Below, piece by piece: positions 1 to 10,176 of a stretch of 64,000 bases of DNA. Numbering within the stretch: the first letter of the stretch is position 1; each line of letters starts with the position of its first letter. Made by a program: the position numbers and the translations under genes. This DNA is from Sulfurimonadaceae bacterium (GTDB lineage: Bacteria; Campylobacterota; Campylobacteria; Campylobacterales; Sulfurimonadaceae), in the NCBI GenBank assembly GCA_041596355.1, contig JBFHIS010000005.1, forward strand, positions 29,430 through 93,429, given 5' to 3'. Below the pieces are notes generated by a model that did not search any database, was not told the DNA's origin, and saw only the letters and a program-made list of their open reading frames with translations.

Positions 1-421
1 CTATGGTACTTTTGTATTCGGTTATGATTTTGACACCCCGGAGCTGATCGACAAGAGTGTCGCGTTTGCCCTTGAAGCCAAACTTGAGATCGCGAACTTT
101 AACCCTTTGACGCCGACACCGGGTTCAGGTCTCTACGACAGGTTGATCAAAGAGGGTCGGATGTTAAGTGAACGATGGTGGCAAGAGCCGACATACCGTT
201 ACGGCGATCCGATTTTTGAACCTAAATTGATGTCACCTGAAGTGTTTTCAGAAAAATGCTTTGAAGCGAAAAAACGTTTTTATGCCTGGGATTCGATCTT
301 TAAAAGAGCTGTTCTTTCCAAGACGAAATTCAACCTGTTCCGATTTGCGATGGTGTTGTTAGCCAACATCGTGTCACGCAAAGAAGTCTATCAAAAACAA
401 AACAGACACCTGGGAGAGTAG
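1..421 (+). CDS. B12-binding radical SAM protein, 3' part only (the gene starts before the window)
   Basis: The open frame runs from base 2 to a stop at 419-421. Its C-terminal region is a paralog of the C-terminus of the next gene (shared GYDxDT...F(N)xLTP.PxTP motifs). Confidence 0.7.
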   Translation, partial: YGTFVFGYDFDTPELIDKSVAFALEAKLEIANFNPLTPTPGSGLYDRLIKEGRMLSERWWQEPTYRYGDPIFEPKLMSPEVFSEKCFEAKKRFYAWDSIFKRAVLSKTKFNLFRFAMVLLANIVSRKEVYQKQNRHLGE

Positions 422-422
422 T

Positions 423-1754
423 GTGAAAATAACCTTGATCAAACCGACGATTGGACGTATGGAACACAGCTTATACATCGATGAGGGGCGTATGGAACCG
501 TTGATGTTAGGCGTATTGGCCGGGCTGACACCCGAAGAACATGAAGTAGTTCTGCATGATGACAGGATGGAGTCGATCCCCTATGATGAACCGACGGACC
601 TTGTTGCGATCACGGTTGAGACCTATACGGCTCGCCGTGCCTATGAGATCGCTGCAGTGTATCGCAGTCGGGGTGTCAAGGTCATTATGGGTGGTATGCA
701 TGTGATGCTGATGCCAAGTGAGGTGCAACAGCATGCGGACAGTATCCTGATCGGCGATGCAGAGACCATCTGGGGACAAGTCCTTTTAGATGCCCAGCAA
801 GACCGACTACAGAAAACGTACAAGGCACCTGCCGGTATCGCGCAGATGGGCGGTGTTAAACCGCGACGTGAGATCTATAAAGGTAAAGATTACCTGCCTA
901 TTTCACTGATGCAGTTTTCGCGCGGGTGCCGGTTTGATTGTAACTTTTGTGCGGTGAGTAAATATTTCGATAAAAAACATTATGTACGCCGTATTGATGA
1001 GGTACTCGAAGAGATTGAAGCGCAAGAACGGAAGTTTATCTTTTTTGTCGATGATAACATTGCTTCGCATCGTCAAGCGTTTAAAGAACTTTGTCAGGAA
1101 CTGACACCGATGAAGGTCAATTGGGTTAGTCAGGCCAGTTTAGATATCACACATGACAAAGAGGCGATGGGCCTGATGGCAAAGAGCGGTTGTATCGGTA
1201 ATGTTATGGGGTTTGAATCCATCTCCCCTGCAAGTTTAAAAGACGCAAAAAAGGTCTCGAACCTTGCGTCGTTTTCAAATTACAGTTATGAGATAGATGT
1301 ACTCCGAGACCATGCTATGCAGACATGGGCCGCGTTTACTTTAGGGTATGACCATGACACCTATGATTCGATTATGGCAACGATGGAATTTGCCAAAAAA
1401 AACCGTTTTACCTTTGCCGCGTTCAATATCTTGACACCTTACCCAAACACGCCGTTCTATGAGAGCTTACAAAATGAAAATCGGTTGCTATATGACGGTC
1501 AGTGGTGGCTGCATCCTGAGTACCGTTTTAACCATGCCGCCTTCATCCCTACGAATATGACGCCAGACGAATTGACCAGAGTATGTCATGAAGCACGGAG
1601 TGAGTTTAACAGCATCTCTTCGCTTTTGTACCGTTTTTCCGATGTAAAGACTAATCTAAAATCGCTTTGGCGTGCGACCACTTTTTTACGTTATGCAACT
1701 CTTTTTCGAAAAGAGGTACATAAAAAACACAGCATGCGGTTTGGACTTAAGTGA
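423..1754 (+). CDS. B12-binding domain radical SAM protein (class B-like)
   Basis: N-terminal MKIxLIxP B12-binding-type start, CxxxCxxC motif (CRFDCNFC), 443 aa. Apparent GTG start immediately after the upstream stop. Confidence 0.85.
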   Translation: MKITLIKPTIGRMEHSLYIDEGRMEPLMLGVLAGLTPEEHEVVLHDDRMESIPYDEPTDLVAITVETYTARRAYEIAAVYRSRGVKVIMGGMHVMLMPSEVQQHADSILIGDAETIWGQVLLDAQQDRLQKTYKAPAGIAQMGGVKPRREIYKGKDYLPISLMQFSRGCRFDCNFCAVSKYFDKKHYVRRIDEVLEEIEAQERKFIFFVDDNIASHRQAFKELCQELTPMKVNWVSQASLDITHDKEAMGLMAKSGCIGNVMGFESISPASLKDAKKVSNLASFSNYSYEIDVLRDHAMQTWAAFTLGYDHDTYDSIMATMEFAKKNRFTFAAFNILTPYPNTPFYESLQNENRLLYDGQWWLHPEYRFNHAAFIPTNMTPDELTRVCHEARSEFNSISSLLYRFSDVKTNLKSLWRATTFLRYATLFRKEVHKKHSMRFGLK

Positions 1755-2428
1755 TGAACAGAGGTTTTTTTACGCTGTATCAATATCTAGGCCCACTTTT
1801 GTTAACACCTTTTTCTTTTTGGTTATGGTGGAACACTTATGATGCAAATTTAACATTAACGTTAATAGCATGGTTGATTCCAATCCTTTTTGCCTATATC
1901 GTTCCCGGCATAGGTACTAATGTGCTAAAAGTCTGGGAATTCAATACCCGTTTTCGTCTGGGACGGTTCCGCCCTCATCATGGCTTTGTCTTTGGCAGTG
2001 CAACATCGATGATAGTATGGCTGACACATGCGCAGATGGCCACAAACGTGTTTGACGTGTTACAGTCGGCCTTTATAGTGGCGTCAGTGTTGGGCTTTTG
2101 GAATCTTATATACGATGTCAAAGCCCTTAAGTCAGGTATATTGCTTGTCTATAACCAGCCTTGGGCGGATGACAAAGGTGATGAAGCGGTTGCAATGGAC
2201 TATGCTCCGGTCTTTTTTGCCGGGTTTGGTTTTGTCTATGGTGCAGGTATTGCTACGGCAGAGATTCTTCAGCACAAAGAATTACTTAATGGGGCATATA
2301 TCATTGGTTATTTCATGGTCATGCTGATATTGTCAATCGCATTTCCGGTATGGTTATATCGTTACGGTTCATTTAAAAAGCATGGCCATTCCGGTTGCCA
2401 ACCTGTAGTACGCAAAGAGAAAAAATAG
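1751..2428 (+). CDS. hypothetical integral membrane protein
   Basis: 4-bp ATGA overlap with the radical SAM gene; multiple hydrophobic Trp-rich segments; no recognisable family. Confidence 0.6.
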   Translation: MMNRGFFTLYQYLGPLLLTPFSFWLWWNTYDANLTLTLIAWLIPILFAYIVPGIGTNVLKVWEFNTRFRLGRFRPHHGFVFGSATSMIVWLTHAQMATNVFDVLQSAFIVASVLGFWNLIYDVKALKSGILLVYNQPWADDKGDEAVAMDYAPVFFAGFGFVYGAGIATAEILQHKELLNGAYIIGYFMVMLILSIAFPVWLYRYGSFKKHGHSGCQPVVRKEKK

Positions 2429-2527
2429 AGATTGAAAAAAGTTTGTATTTTTATAAAAATGCCAATACATAATAAATTTACTGATAGTGAAAAAGTAGCT
2501 TGAAGTTCTAAAATAGATGTTTGTGAT

Positions 2528-2603
2528 TGGTGGAGCATAGCGGGATCGAACCGCTGACCTCGTCGCTGCCAGCGACGCGCTCTCCCAGCTGAGCTAATGC
2601 CCC
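2528..2603 (-). tRNA. tRNA-Ala (anticodon GGC)
   Basis: Reverse complement reads GGGGCATTAGCTCAGCTGGGAGAGCGCGTCGCTGGCAGCGACG...GTTCGATCC...CTCCACCA. G3:U70 Ala identity pair; loop CUGGCAG; CCA encoded. Confidence 0.9.
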
Positions 2604-2832
2604 ACAGTTGAGAAATGAGATTATACTTCAAGAGTTGTTGAAATACTCTTAAATTTAGATGCTTTTTTATGGACAGCGCGTAAATAGCTGTTTTACAGAA
2701 TACTTTAGCGCTTGCTTTTAAGGTGTAAAGAACAGAACCTTTATCAATACACGACACAAATCTTACCTGGACAAGTTTATCTCTATAAAATATTTTCTTA
2801 TATATAATCAAGAGAGCAACTACGTAGTAATA

Positions 2833-2850
2833 TTTTTTTTTGGTAGAATG
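2833..2850 (+). promoter_or_regulatory. candidate sigma70-type promoter for the downstream sensor gene: T9 tract followed by TGgTAGAAT (extended -10)
   Basis: tatttttttttGGTAGAATg lies 34 bp upstream of the ATG at 2884. A T-rich upstream region plus TAnAAT is typical of epsilonproteobacterial promoters. Confidence 0.4.
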
Positions 2851-2883
2851 AGTTGATTACAATGTATTCACAGGATAGTCCTT

Positions 2884-5800
2884 ATGGCCCGATTCACAAC
2901 GCTTTTTGATCGTTCCGGAACAATAAGAGTAGATGGATGGGCAGTAGGCATCTTGGTTTTGTTTCTGGCTGCTGTCGTCTCCGGGACAGTGATCTGGAAG
3001 ATCGAAGAGAACCGTCTTGAAAAAAGGCGTGCTGCAGTCGTAGAGATCGCTAATGAAAACAGTGCGCTGCTGCACAGGAGTATCGATTATGCATTGGCAC
3101 TGAGTTATCCTCTTGGAGCTATGATACAGCACGATGGAAAGATCGATAACCTTGAATCGATCGGAGAGAAACTCATCGATTCATATCCGTTCATCTTGGA
3201 AATTGCGCTTGCGCCTGACGGGGTCATAGAACAGGTTGTGCCTCTTCAGGGAAATGAGAAGGCTTTGGGTCTTGACCTGTTGGTTCATCCAGATCAGAAA
3301 GCAGAAGCATTACTTGCCCGTAAAACGGGTAAACTGACACTGGCAGGACCGTTGCAGCTGGTTCAGGGAGGTGAAGCGCTTGTCGGCCGTCTACCGGTCT
3401 TCAGAGGAGAAGGCAGCAGGTTCTGGGGCTTTGTTCTCATTGCTATCCGTTTCCCCGAAATCCTTGACTATACTGCTCTGGGCAAGCTCAAAGATGAAGG
3501 GTATCAATACACCCTTACCCGTACACATCCCAAGACAAAAGTCGAAGAGATCATCGTCTCTTCAGGAAAAGGGGTACTAGAGCGGCCGGTCGAAACAGGT
3601 TTGGATGTCCCAAATGCACAATGGATACTGCGTATCGCCCCGACCAACGGATGGTATGATCTCTGGCTGCTAAGTATCGAGATCATCGCAGGTATCTTGA
3701 TCAGTTTGCTGCTTGGGTATACCGCTAAGCAGTTCTTTGAGCTTAGAAACTACCGCCAATCGTTGGAGAAACTTGTTGTAAAACGGACAGCCGAGATCTC
3801 GGAGACTAAAAACCAGCTGCATACGCTGCTCAATACGATCCCCGATCTCATATGGCTGAAAGACACAGAAGGCGTCTTTCTACTGTGTAATCCGATGTTC
3901 GAACGCCTGTTCGGTGTAAGTGAAGCCGAAATCGTCGGTAAAAGCGATTATGATTTCGTTGACAAAGAGCTGGCCGATTTCTTCCGTGAAAAAGATCGTC
4001 AGGCGATGCAGGCAGATCGTCCGAGCATTAACGAAGAGTGGCTCACCTTTGCCGATGACGGCCACCGCGCTCTATATGAAACGGTTAAAACTCCTCTCTA
4101 TGATGAAGACGGTTCCCTGGTCGGTATTTTGGGTATCTCCCGTGATATTACGGAACGTCATAACAACGAAATAGAGATCCGTCATCTTGTCAGGATGTAT
4201 GCTTCTCTGAGCGAATGTAATCAGGCGATCATACACTCTAAGACACCTATAGAATTGTTTGAAAAGATCTGTGAAAGTGCTGTCAAAGAGGGCGGTATGG
4301 CAATGACCTGGATAGGACTGATCGATCCGAAAACAGGACTTTTATATCCGGCGGCTTCGTATGGCGATGATGAACGTTATTTGACAGGGATTACAATCTC
4401 TTCTGACGCGGACACCCCTACCGGAAGGGGGCCAACCGGCATCGCGATCCGCGAGAAACGCCCTTACTGGTGTATGGATTTTCTTAATGACCCTGCTACT
4501 GAACCCTGGCATGAAGAGGGTAGGAACATGGGCTGGAAAGCCTCGGCAGCACTTCCTATCTTTCAAAATGGCAGTGTTATCGGTGCTTTTATGCTCTATT
4601 CTAAACTACCCAGCGCTTTTGATACTATGAGCCGGGAACTGATCATGGAGATGACGACCGATATCAGTTTTGCGATGGACAATTTTGACCGTGAAGCCCA
4701 ACGACAAGCGTCTGAGAACGAACTTATACAGACCGAGAGACTGCTAGAAGAGATGAGTTCAGTGGCACACATCGGCGGATGGGAGTTTGATGTCAAGAGC
4801 GGGAAAGGAACATGGACGAAAGAGGTAGCCCGAATTCATGATCTTGACCCGGAACTGCCTACGAACGAAGAGACAGGGCTGAGTTTTTATAAAGACGAAT
4901 GGCTGGAGAAGATACAGTTCGCTCTGGATGAGGCAATCGAAAAAGGGGTGCCGTATGACCTGGAACTGAAGATGACAACGGCAAAAGGGAGTGACAAATG
5001 GGTCCGTAGTATCGGTGTCCCCATCGTAGAAAACGGGAAGACCGTTCGTATGCGTGGTTCATTACAGGACATCACGGAACAAAAAATTGCGGAAGAGAGA
5101 GTTCACTGGCTTGCCCATTTTGACCAACTTACCGGGCTGCCTAACCGCACGCAGCTGACTGAACGTGTTGCACAGGCCATCCATATATCTAAACGTACTC
5201 AGGACCCTGTGGCTCTGCTCTATCTTGATCTGGACCATTTTAAAAATATTAATGACTCCCTCGGACACAACATAGGCGATGATCTGCTGACGGAAGTCGC
5301 TTCACGCATGCAGTCTGTGCTTCGTGAAGAGGACACCCTCTCACGTCAGGGAGGTGACGAGTTTGTCATCGTTCTTCCCGATACCGATGCCAACGGCGCG
5401 GCACATGTTGCCAAAAAGCTGATCGTAGCTGTCTCTCAAGCCTACACTGTTCAACAGCACGAGCTGACGGTGACTCCGTCCATTGGGATCGCACTCTATC
5501 CAATGGATGGCGTTGACTTTAATACGCTTTATCAGGCTGCCGATGCGGCGATGTACCGTGCGAAAGATGACGGACGAAACCGGTACAGTTTTTTCACGGC
5601 AGAAATACAAGCCCAGTCCGTCCGGAACCTTGAGCTTGAAAATGCGCTTCGACATGCCTTGTCGCGCAATGAACTTGAGTTGCATTATCAGCCGCAGATC
5701 TCTATAGAAACACAGCGTATTGTCGGTGCGGAAGCGCTGCTACGCTGGAACCATCCTACATTAGGGATGGTCTCCCCGGCAGAGTTCATTCCTGTTGCAG

Positions 5801-6411
5801 AAGACAGCGGTCAGATCCTTGCCATCGGCGAATGGGTCCTTCGAACGGCTATTACGCAGCTCAAATCATGGATCGACAGCGGGATGGAGCCCTTTGTCAT
5901 GGCGGTCAACCTCTCTGCAGTGCAGTTCAGGGACCCTAAGTTGGTCTCACAGGTCTTAGGTGTCCTTGAAGAGCTGCAACTTCCGTCAAAGTACCTTGAG
6001 CTTGAACTTACCGAAGGGACGACGATGGTAGACCCGCTGCATGCGATCGAGCTGATGAATGAACTGCACGATCACGGCATAGGAATGTCCATCGACGACT
6101 TTGGAACGGGTTACTCTTCTCTGAACTATCTTAAACGTTTTCAGGTCTATAAACTCAAGATCGATCAATCTTTTATTCGCGACATTACGAAAGATTCTGA
6201 TGACAGGAACCTTGTGATCGCTATTATCAAGATGGCGAACAGCCTAAATATGCAGACGATCGCGGAAGGTGTCGAAACGGCCGAGCAGTTGGCTTTTCTC
6301 CAAGAAAACGGTTGTGATGAAGTGCAAGGTTACTACTTTAGCAGACCGTTACCAGCCAAAGATTTTGTGCAGTTTGTAGATGAGCAGCGTAACGGTAAAA
6401 GTATCATTTAG
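2884..6411 (+). CDS. membrane-anchored sensory diguanylate cyclase/phosphodiesterase (periplasmic sensor domain, PAS x3, GAF, GGDEF, EAL)
   Basis: 1175 aa. Two TM segments flank a roughly 240-aa extracytoplasmic domain. Intact RQGGDEF and EALLRW/DDFGTGYSSL motifs. LAHFDQLTGLPNR marks the GGDEF start. Confidence 0.9.
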   Translation: MARFTTLFDRSGTIRVDGWAVGILVLFLAAVVSGTVIWKIEENRLEKRRAAVVEIANENSALLHRSIDYALALSYPLGAMIQHDGKIDNLESIGEKLIDSYPFILEIALAPDGVIEQVVPLQGNEKALGLDLLVHPDQKAEALLARKTGKLTLAGPLQLVQGGEALVGRLPVFRGEGSRFWGFVLIAIRFPEILDYTALGKLKDEGYQYTLTRTHPKTKVEEIIVSSGKGVLERPVETGLDVPNAQWILRIAPTNGWYDLWLLSIEIIAGILISLLLGYTAKQFFELRNYRQSLEKLVVKRTAEISETKNQLHTLLNTIPDLIWLKDTEGVFLLCNPMFERLFGVSEAEIVGKSDYDFVDKELADFFREKDRQAMQADRPSINEEWLTFADDGHRALYETVKTPLYDEDGSLVGILGISRDITERHNNEIEIRHLVRMYASLSECNQAIIHSKTPIELFEKICESAVKEGGMAMTWIGLIDPKTGLLYPAASYGDDERYLTGITISSDADTPTGRGPTGIAIREKRPYWCMDFLNDPATEPWHEEGRNMGWKASAALPIFQNGSVIGAFMLYSKLPSAFDTMSRELIMEMTTDISFAMDNFDREAQRQASENELIQTERLLEEMSSVAHIGGWEFDVKSGKGTWTKEVARIHDLDPELPTNEETGLSFYKDEWLEKIQFALDEAIEKGVPYDLELKMTTAKGSDKWVRSIGVPIVENGKTVRMRGSLQDITEQKIAEERVHWLAHFDQLTGLPNRTQLTERVAQAIHISKRTQDPVALLYLDLDHFKNINDSLGHNIGDDLLTEVASRMQSVLREEDTLSRQGGDEFVIVLPDTDANGAAHVAKKLIVAVSQAYTVQQHELTVTPSIGIALYPMDGVDFNTLYQAADAAMYRAKDDGRNRYSFFTAEIQAQSVRNLELENALRHALSRNELELHYQPQISIETQRIVGAEALLRWNHPTLGMVSPAEFIPVAEDSGQILAIGEWVLRTAITQLKSWIDSGMEPFVMAVNLSAVQFRDPKLVSQVLGVLEELQLPSKYLELELTEGTTMVDPLHAIELMNELHDHGIGMSIDDFGTGYSSLNYLKRFQVYKLKIDQSFIRDITKDSDDRNLVIAIIKMANSLNMQTIAEGVETAEQLAFLQENGCDEVQGYYFSRPLPAKDFVQFVDEQRNGKSII

Positions 6412-6416
6412 TACGC

Positions 6417-7442
6417 TTATAAGAGAGAATATTTCGCTGCTTCTGCCCGGGATGCCAGCGGTTGGACTGAAACGCTTTCCCCCTCGAAGTCAAGTACGTA
6501 GTTGTTCTCAGGTTTTGTCTTGCAGTAGGTCAGGATGGCACGTGCTGCAAAGACTTTGTCGGCCTCTGTTGCATTTTTGGAAAGAAGAGAGTGCGGGCCC
6601 GGGATTCCGTCTGTTTTGATGTGAATAAACTTATCATTGACGATCTCCTGCAGAAATTCGTTTTCGTCCTGCTGACGGCCGACAACCATTTTTGCGCCAT
6701 CAGGCAATCTGAAGTGACGGCCCCATTTTAGGACTTTGATATCCTGCACGTTAAAGTTGTCATCATGTTTTATGTAGTCGTTCATTTTGATCGTAAAATT
6801 GGCATCGGTCAGGAGACAGCCGCCGCCCGGACTTTCAAAATCGGTAATACCGAAGCCCTCCACCAGCTCCATCTGACGGTCGCGGCTGCGTCCCTGAATG
6901 CCTTCGAGTTTATCACGGTCTACCCACCCTTCGGTTTCGGCAATGGTCGGTGCCAGACATTGTGCCGACATGGGACGAAGCAGAAGTCCGTCAACATTGG
7001 CTTCGTCAAGGACGGTCTGCAGTGCTTCGCCGTTTTGACTCATCGGACGTTGTCCAAGGACCTCACCGCTGATCATAAAGTCTGCTCCTTCGGCTTCCAT
7101 AATACGTTTTGCCACCTCGAACATCTTGGCATGGCAGTCTATGCAGGGGTTGAAGTGTTTACCGTAGCCATGTTTTGGTGAGAAGAGGACACTTTGGAGA
7201 TATTCGCTCTGAATGTCGATGATACGGAGCTCTGCACCGACCTGGTCGCACATGTTCTGCATATGTTTACGGCGGTCGCGGGTCGCGCCAAACCCGGTGT
7301 TGATGTTGCAGGCGATCACTTCGATGCCCTGATCGACTATCAGTTTCATAGCGAGAGTAGAGTCCAAACCGCCGCTGAAAAGGGCGATAGCTTTACGCTT
7401 TTGCATGGATACGTCCTTGTTGAAGCACCGGAGTTTGAGCAA
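6417..7442 (-). CDS. PP-loop ATP pyrophosphatase, ThiI-like tRNA sulfurtransferase domain without THUMP
   Basis: SGGLDS PP-loop at residues 21-26. AKMFEVAKRIMEAEGADFMISGEVLGQRPMSQ matches the ThiI KRMMVRAASKVAERYG..TGEALGQVSSQ block. 341 aa, with an extra C-terminal region of about 150 aa. Confidence 0.7.
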   Translation of the reverse strand: MLKLRCFNKDVSMQKRKAIALFSGGLDSTLAMKLIVDQGIEVIACNINTGFGATRDRRKHMQNMCDQVGAELRIIDIQSEYLQSVLFSPKHGYGKHFNPCIDCHAKMFEVAKRIMEAEGADFMISGEVLGQRPMSQNGEALQTVLDEANVDGLLLRPMSAQCLAPTIAETEGWVDRDKLEGIQGRSRDRQMELVEGFGITDFESPGGGCLLTDANFTIKMNDYIKHDDNFNVQDIKVLKWGRHFRLPDGAKMVVGRQQDENEFLQEIVNDKFIHIKTDGIPGPHSLLSKNATEADKVFAARAILTYCKTKPENNYVLDFEGESVSVQPLASRAEAAKYSLL

Positions 7443-7511
7443 ACTGGTTTACCTCAGAAAATTTGTACAATTTTAGCAGATATTGCGCACTATAATGATC
7501 AAAAAATTATA

Positions 7512-9155
7512 TTACGAAGTGACGAGTTGACCTCGCTTCAAGGTGGCGATCTTTCCTCTGATCTCTCGAATGAGAAAGGATTTTTTCTCAAAAGAGTCAT
7601 GTTGCTGGGTCAGAACTTTTTTGAGCTTGCGGTTGTAGTGCTGGGTCAGAAAAGTGATCAGCTCGTTGTGCAGGGCTTGCTCATCGCGGCAGGATTCGAT
7701 CTTATCGTTAAAGGCGATCGCCATAAGGTGCGGGTCATCAAACTTTTGCTGCAGGATCAGGTCGAACTCATAGGCGTGAAACTGCAGCATGTCGGCTGAG
7801 ATATAGTCGAGTATCTGATCAACAAGGGCCGGGTTTTCCATCATACTTTTGATGAGAATCAGCTCATAAGTGTCGTAGGCGGTTGTCATTTGCGGTTGTT
7901 GCGGCTGAATATTGTGCTGCTGAGAGAGTCGGATAAGCGATGGGCTGATAGCAAGTCTTGAGGCTAGAAATCTTTTGTACTCTTCTTGCAACAGCGGCGA
8001 GAGCGTTTTAAGATAACCGATGCTCTCATGCAGCGCCTGCTCTTTCGCTTTGGGATTGCGCAGATCAAAGTTGCGCAGTATCTCTTCGAGAACGAACTCG
8101 ATAAAAGGTTTGGGCGAATGGAACATCGCATTAAGGGTGTCGATCTGACCGGTATGGACCATGTCGGCAGGGTCGAGGCCCCCTTCAAAGATCACAACAC
8201 CCCCGTCAAAGCCGCCTGTACTCAGGAGCTTGGAAGCTTTAAGCGCAGCTGCCCGTCCGGCATTGTCGCCGTCATACGCCATGACGATCTTGGGATCACC
8301 TTTGCGCAGAAGTGGAAGGTGCTCGGGCGTTAAAGCGGTCCCAAGTGTCGCAACAGCCTGGTTGAATCCGGCTTGATGGAGCATCACAACGTCGAGGTAG
8401 CCCTCAGTGATGATGATCTGTCGTTGCTTGTAGATAGCCTGTTTGGCAAGATCGTAGGCATAGAGAAGTCGCGACTTGTTGAACAGAGCCGTTTGCGGGG
8501 AGTTGATGTATTTGGCTTGATGACCGGTGATAGTCCGACCCCCGAAACCGACACTGGCCCCGTTGGGGGCATGAATAGGAAAGATGATCCGTTCAATGAA
8601 ACGGGCATATTCGCGGCCGCCTTCGCTACCTGCGACACCGAGCTCTACGGCTTCGGCCATACTGAATTGGTTGGACTTGATAAACTGGATCGTCTTAAAG
8701 GAGTCGGGCGCATAGCCGATGCCGAACTTCTCGATGGAGGCCATTGAGACCCCGCGCTCTTGCAGATACGCTTTGGCTGTCGGCATGGAGCCTAAGAGGC
8801 TTTGGTACCATTGGCTGAGCTTTTCCATAAGCTGTGAACGCTGCTTTTGCGGGTTTTTGTTGTCGGTATAGTGGAGGGTGTAGTTGTTCTGGTCAGCCAG
8901 ACGCTCGATTGCTTCAGGGTAGTTGAGCTTTTCATACTCCATCACAAACTTGATAGCGTCACCTCCGGCGCCACAGCCGAAGCAGTGATAGATCTGCTTT
9001 TGCGGCGAGATCACAAAACTGGGTGACTTCTCATCGTGAAACGGGCAGACGGCTTTAAAATTTGCACCGGCCTTTTTGACCTCGATATAGTTGCTGATAA
9101 CGTCTAATATGTCGACACGGGCTTTAAGCCCTTCGATGGAGTCCTGGGAAATCAT
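7512..9155 (-). CDS. dnaG: DNA primase
   Basis: Zinc-binding motif CPFHDEKSPSF...HCFGCGAGGD; TOPRIM region EGYLDV; 547 aa. Confidence 0.92.
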   Translation of the reverse strand: MISQDSIEGLKARVDILDVISNYIEVKKAGANFKAVCPFHDEKSPSFVISPQKQIYHCFGCGAGGDAIKFVMEYEKLNYPEAIERLADQNNYTLHYTDNKNPQKQRSQLMEKLSQWYQSLLGSMPTAKAYLQERGVSMASIEKFGIGYAPDSFKTIQFIKSNQFSMAEAVELGVAGSEGGREYARFIERIIFPIHAPNGASVGFGGRTITGHQAKYINSPQTALFNKSRLLYAYDLAKQAIYKQRQIIITEGYLDVVMLHQAGFNQAVATLGTALTPEHLPLLRKGDPKIVMAYDGDNAGRAAALKASKLLSTGGFDGGVVIFEGGLDPADMVHTGQIDTLNAMFHSPKPFIEFVLEEILRNFDLRNPKAKEQALHESIGYLKTLSPLLQEEYKRFLASRLAISPSLIRLSQQHNIQPQQPQMTTAYDTYELILIKSMMENPALVDQILDYISADMLQFHAYEFDLILQQKFDDPHLMAIAFNDKIESCRDEQALHNELITFLTQHYNRKLKKVLTQQHDSFEKKSFLIREIRGKIATLKRGQLVTS

Positions 9156-9346
9156 AATGTGATTTTAACGTATATCGGCTTTAGGGGTGTCTGTTGCATG
9201 GAATCTTTTTAGCCTCTTTTACAGGTTTGTTCGGAGAGGCTTGATAAACCCGTCGCAGTGAAGGTGAATGTTTTCATCGAAGTGTACTTTAATGTTGTAC
9301 TCGTTATAATTCGCGTCCAAATTTTAAAAGAAAGTAGGTGATGTGA

Positions 9347-9559
9347 ATGCCTGGTATTACACTTCGTTCGGACGATAACTTCGACGCTGCATACCGTCGT
9401 TTCAAGAAGCAGACTGACCGTAACTTAATCGTTACAGAAGCTCGCGCTCGTCGTTTCCACGAAACAGCGACTGAGAAACGTAAAAAGGATAAGATCAGTG
9501 CTCGTAAGAAGATGCTTAAACGTCTTTTCATGATGCGCAGATACGAATCACGCCTCTAA
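9347..9559 (+). CDS. rpsU: 30S ribosomal protein S21
   Basis: 70 aa, [21 protein letters not shown]...; RBS AGGTGA upstream; terminator-like hairpin downstream. Divergent from dnaG. Confidence 0.95.
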   Translation: MPGITLRSDDNFDAAYRRFKKQTDRNLIVTEARARRFHETATEKRKKDKISARKKMLKRLFMMRRYESRL

Positions 9560-9611
9560 GAGAACGCCTTCGGGCTTCTCTTAACCCCTCAAATTTCAAA
9601 GCCCTTCACTT

Positions 9612-10010
9612 ATGACACAATCTAAAAAAATACTTTTCATTGACGATGATGATTTTCAAACCGAAATGCGTGCGCAGTTGTTGAGCGATACACGTCAGCA
9701 TCAAGTAGTGATAGTAGATTCGTTTGACGAGGTCAAAATACTCTACCAAAAAAATAAATTTGACATTGTCATTATCGATTTTTCCCGTGATTTTGGTCTA
9801 GAGAGTCTGCGTTTTATCGATTCCATCGATCCGATGCAGAGAATGATCACAATATCGGAAGATGAAGAGTACAGTGAACAAAAAGGGTGTGATTATTGTG
9901 TATCACACCATCATCGCCGCCGCTTAAAACCACCTTTCTCTTTCCCTGAGCTGGTCCGTTTGGTTGAAAGCTTCGATTTGATGCTGTGTCCTCTCAAAAA
10001 TAAGTTGTAA
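9612..10010 (+). CDS. CheY-like receiver-domain protein (single domain; Cys/His-rich C-terminus)
   Basis: KILFIDDDD acidic pocket; DIVIID candidate phospho-Asp; 132 aa. Weak family assignment. Confidence 0.5.
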   Translation: MTQSKKILFIDDDDFQTEMRAQLLSDTRQHQVVIVDSFDEVKILYQKNKFDIVIIDFSRDFGLESLRFIDSIDPMQRMITISEDEEYSEQKGCDYCVSHHHRRRLKPPFSFPELVRLVESFDLMLCPLKNKL

Positions 10011-10176
10011 GAGGTATACAGCTTCGTCACACAGCCTTCATGACACTTTTTCTACAATACTTTTGATGACGAGCTTTGCTCTCTTTTTTATTTTCTATAA
10101 CCCCATAAGTCATTCTTGGATAAAATATTATAACTAATAACGGGTTCTGCTAATGGCCCAAAAACGAAGGTTTATC

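Noticed and set aside
7194-7799. 201-aa + strand ORF spanning the dnaG 3' end and the PP-loop gene 5' end
   Set aside because: It is antisense to two well-supported genes and bridges their intergenic gap; it has no motif support.
10153-10176. Longer PurT N-terminus (track start MAQKRRFI)
   Set aside because: It has no RBS, whereas the ATG at 10177 has GAAGG at the right spacing and matches the E. coli PurT N-terminal length.
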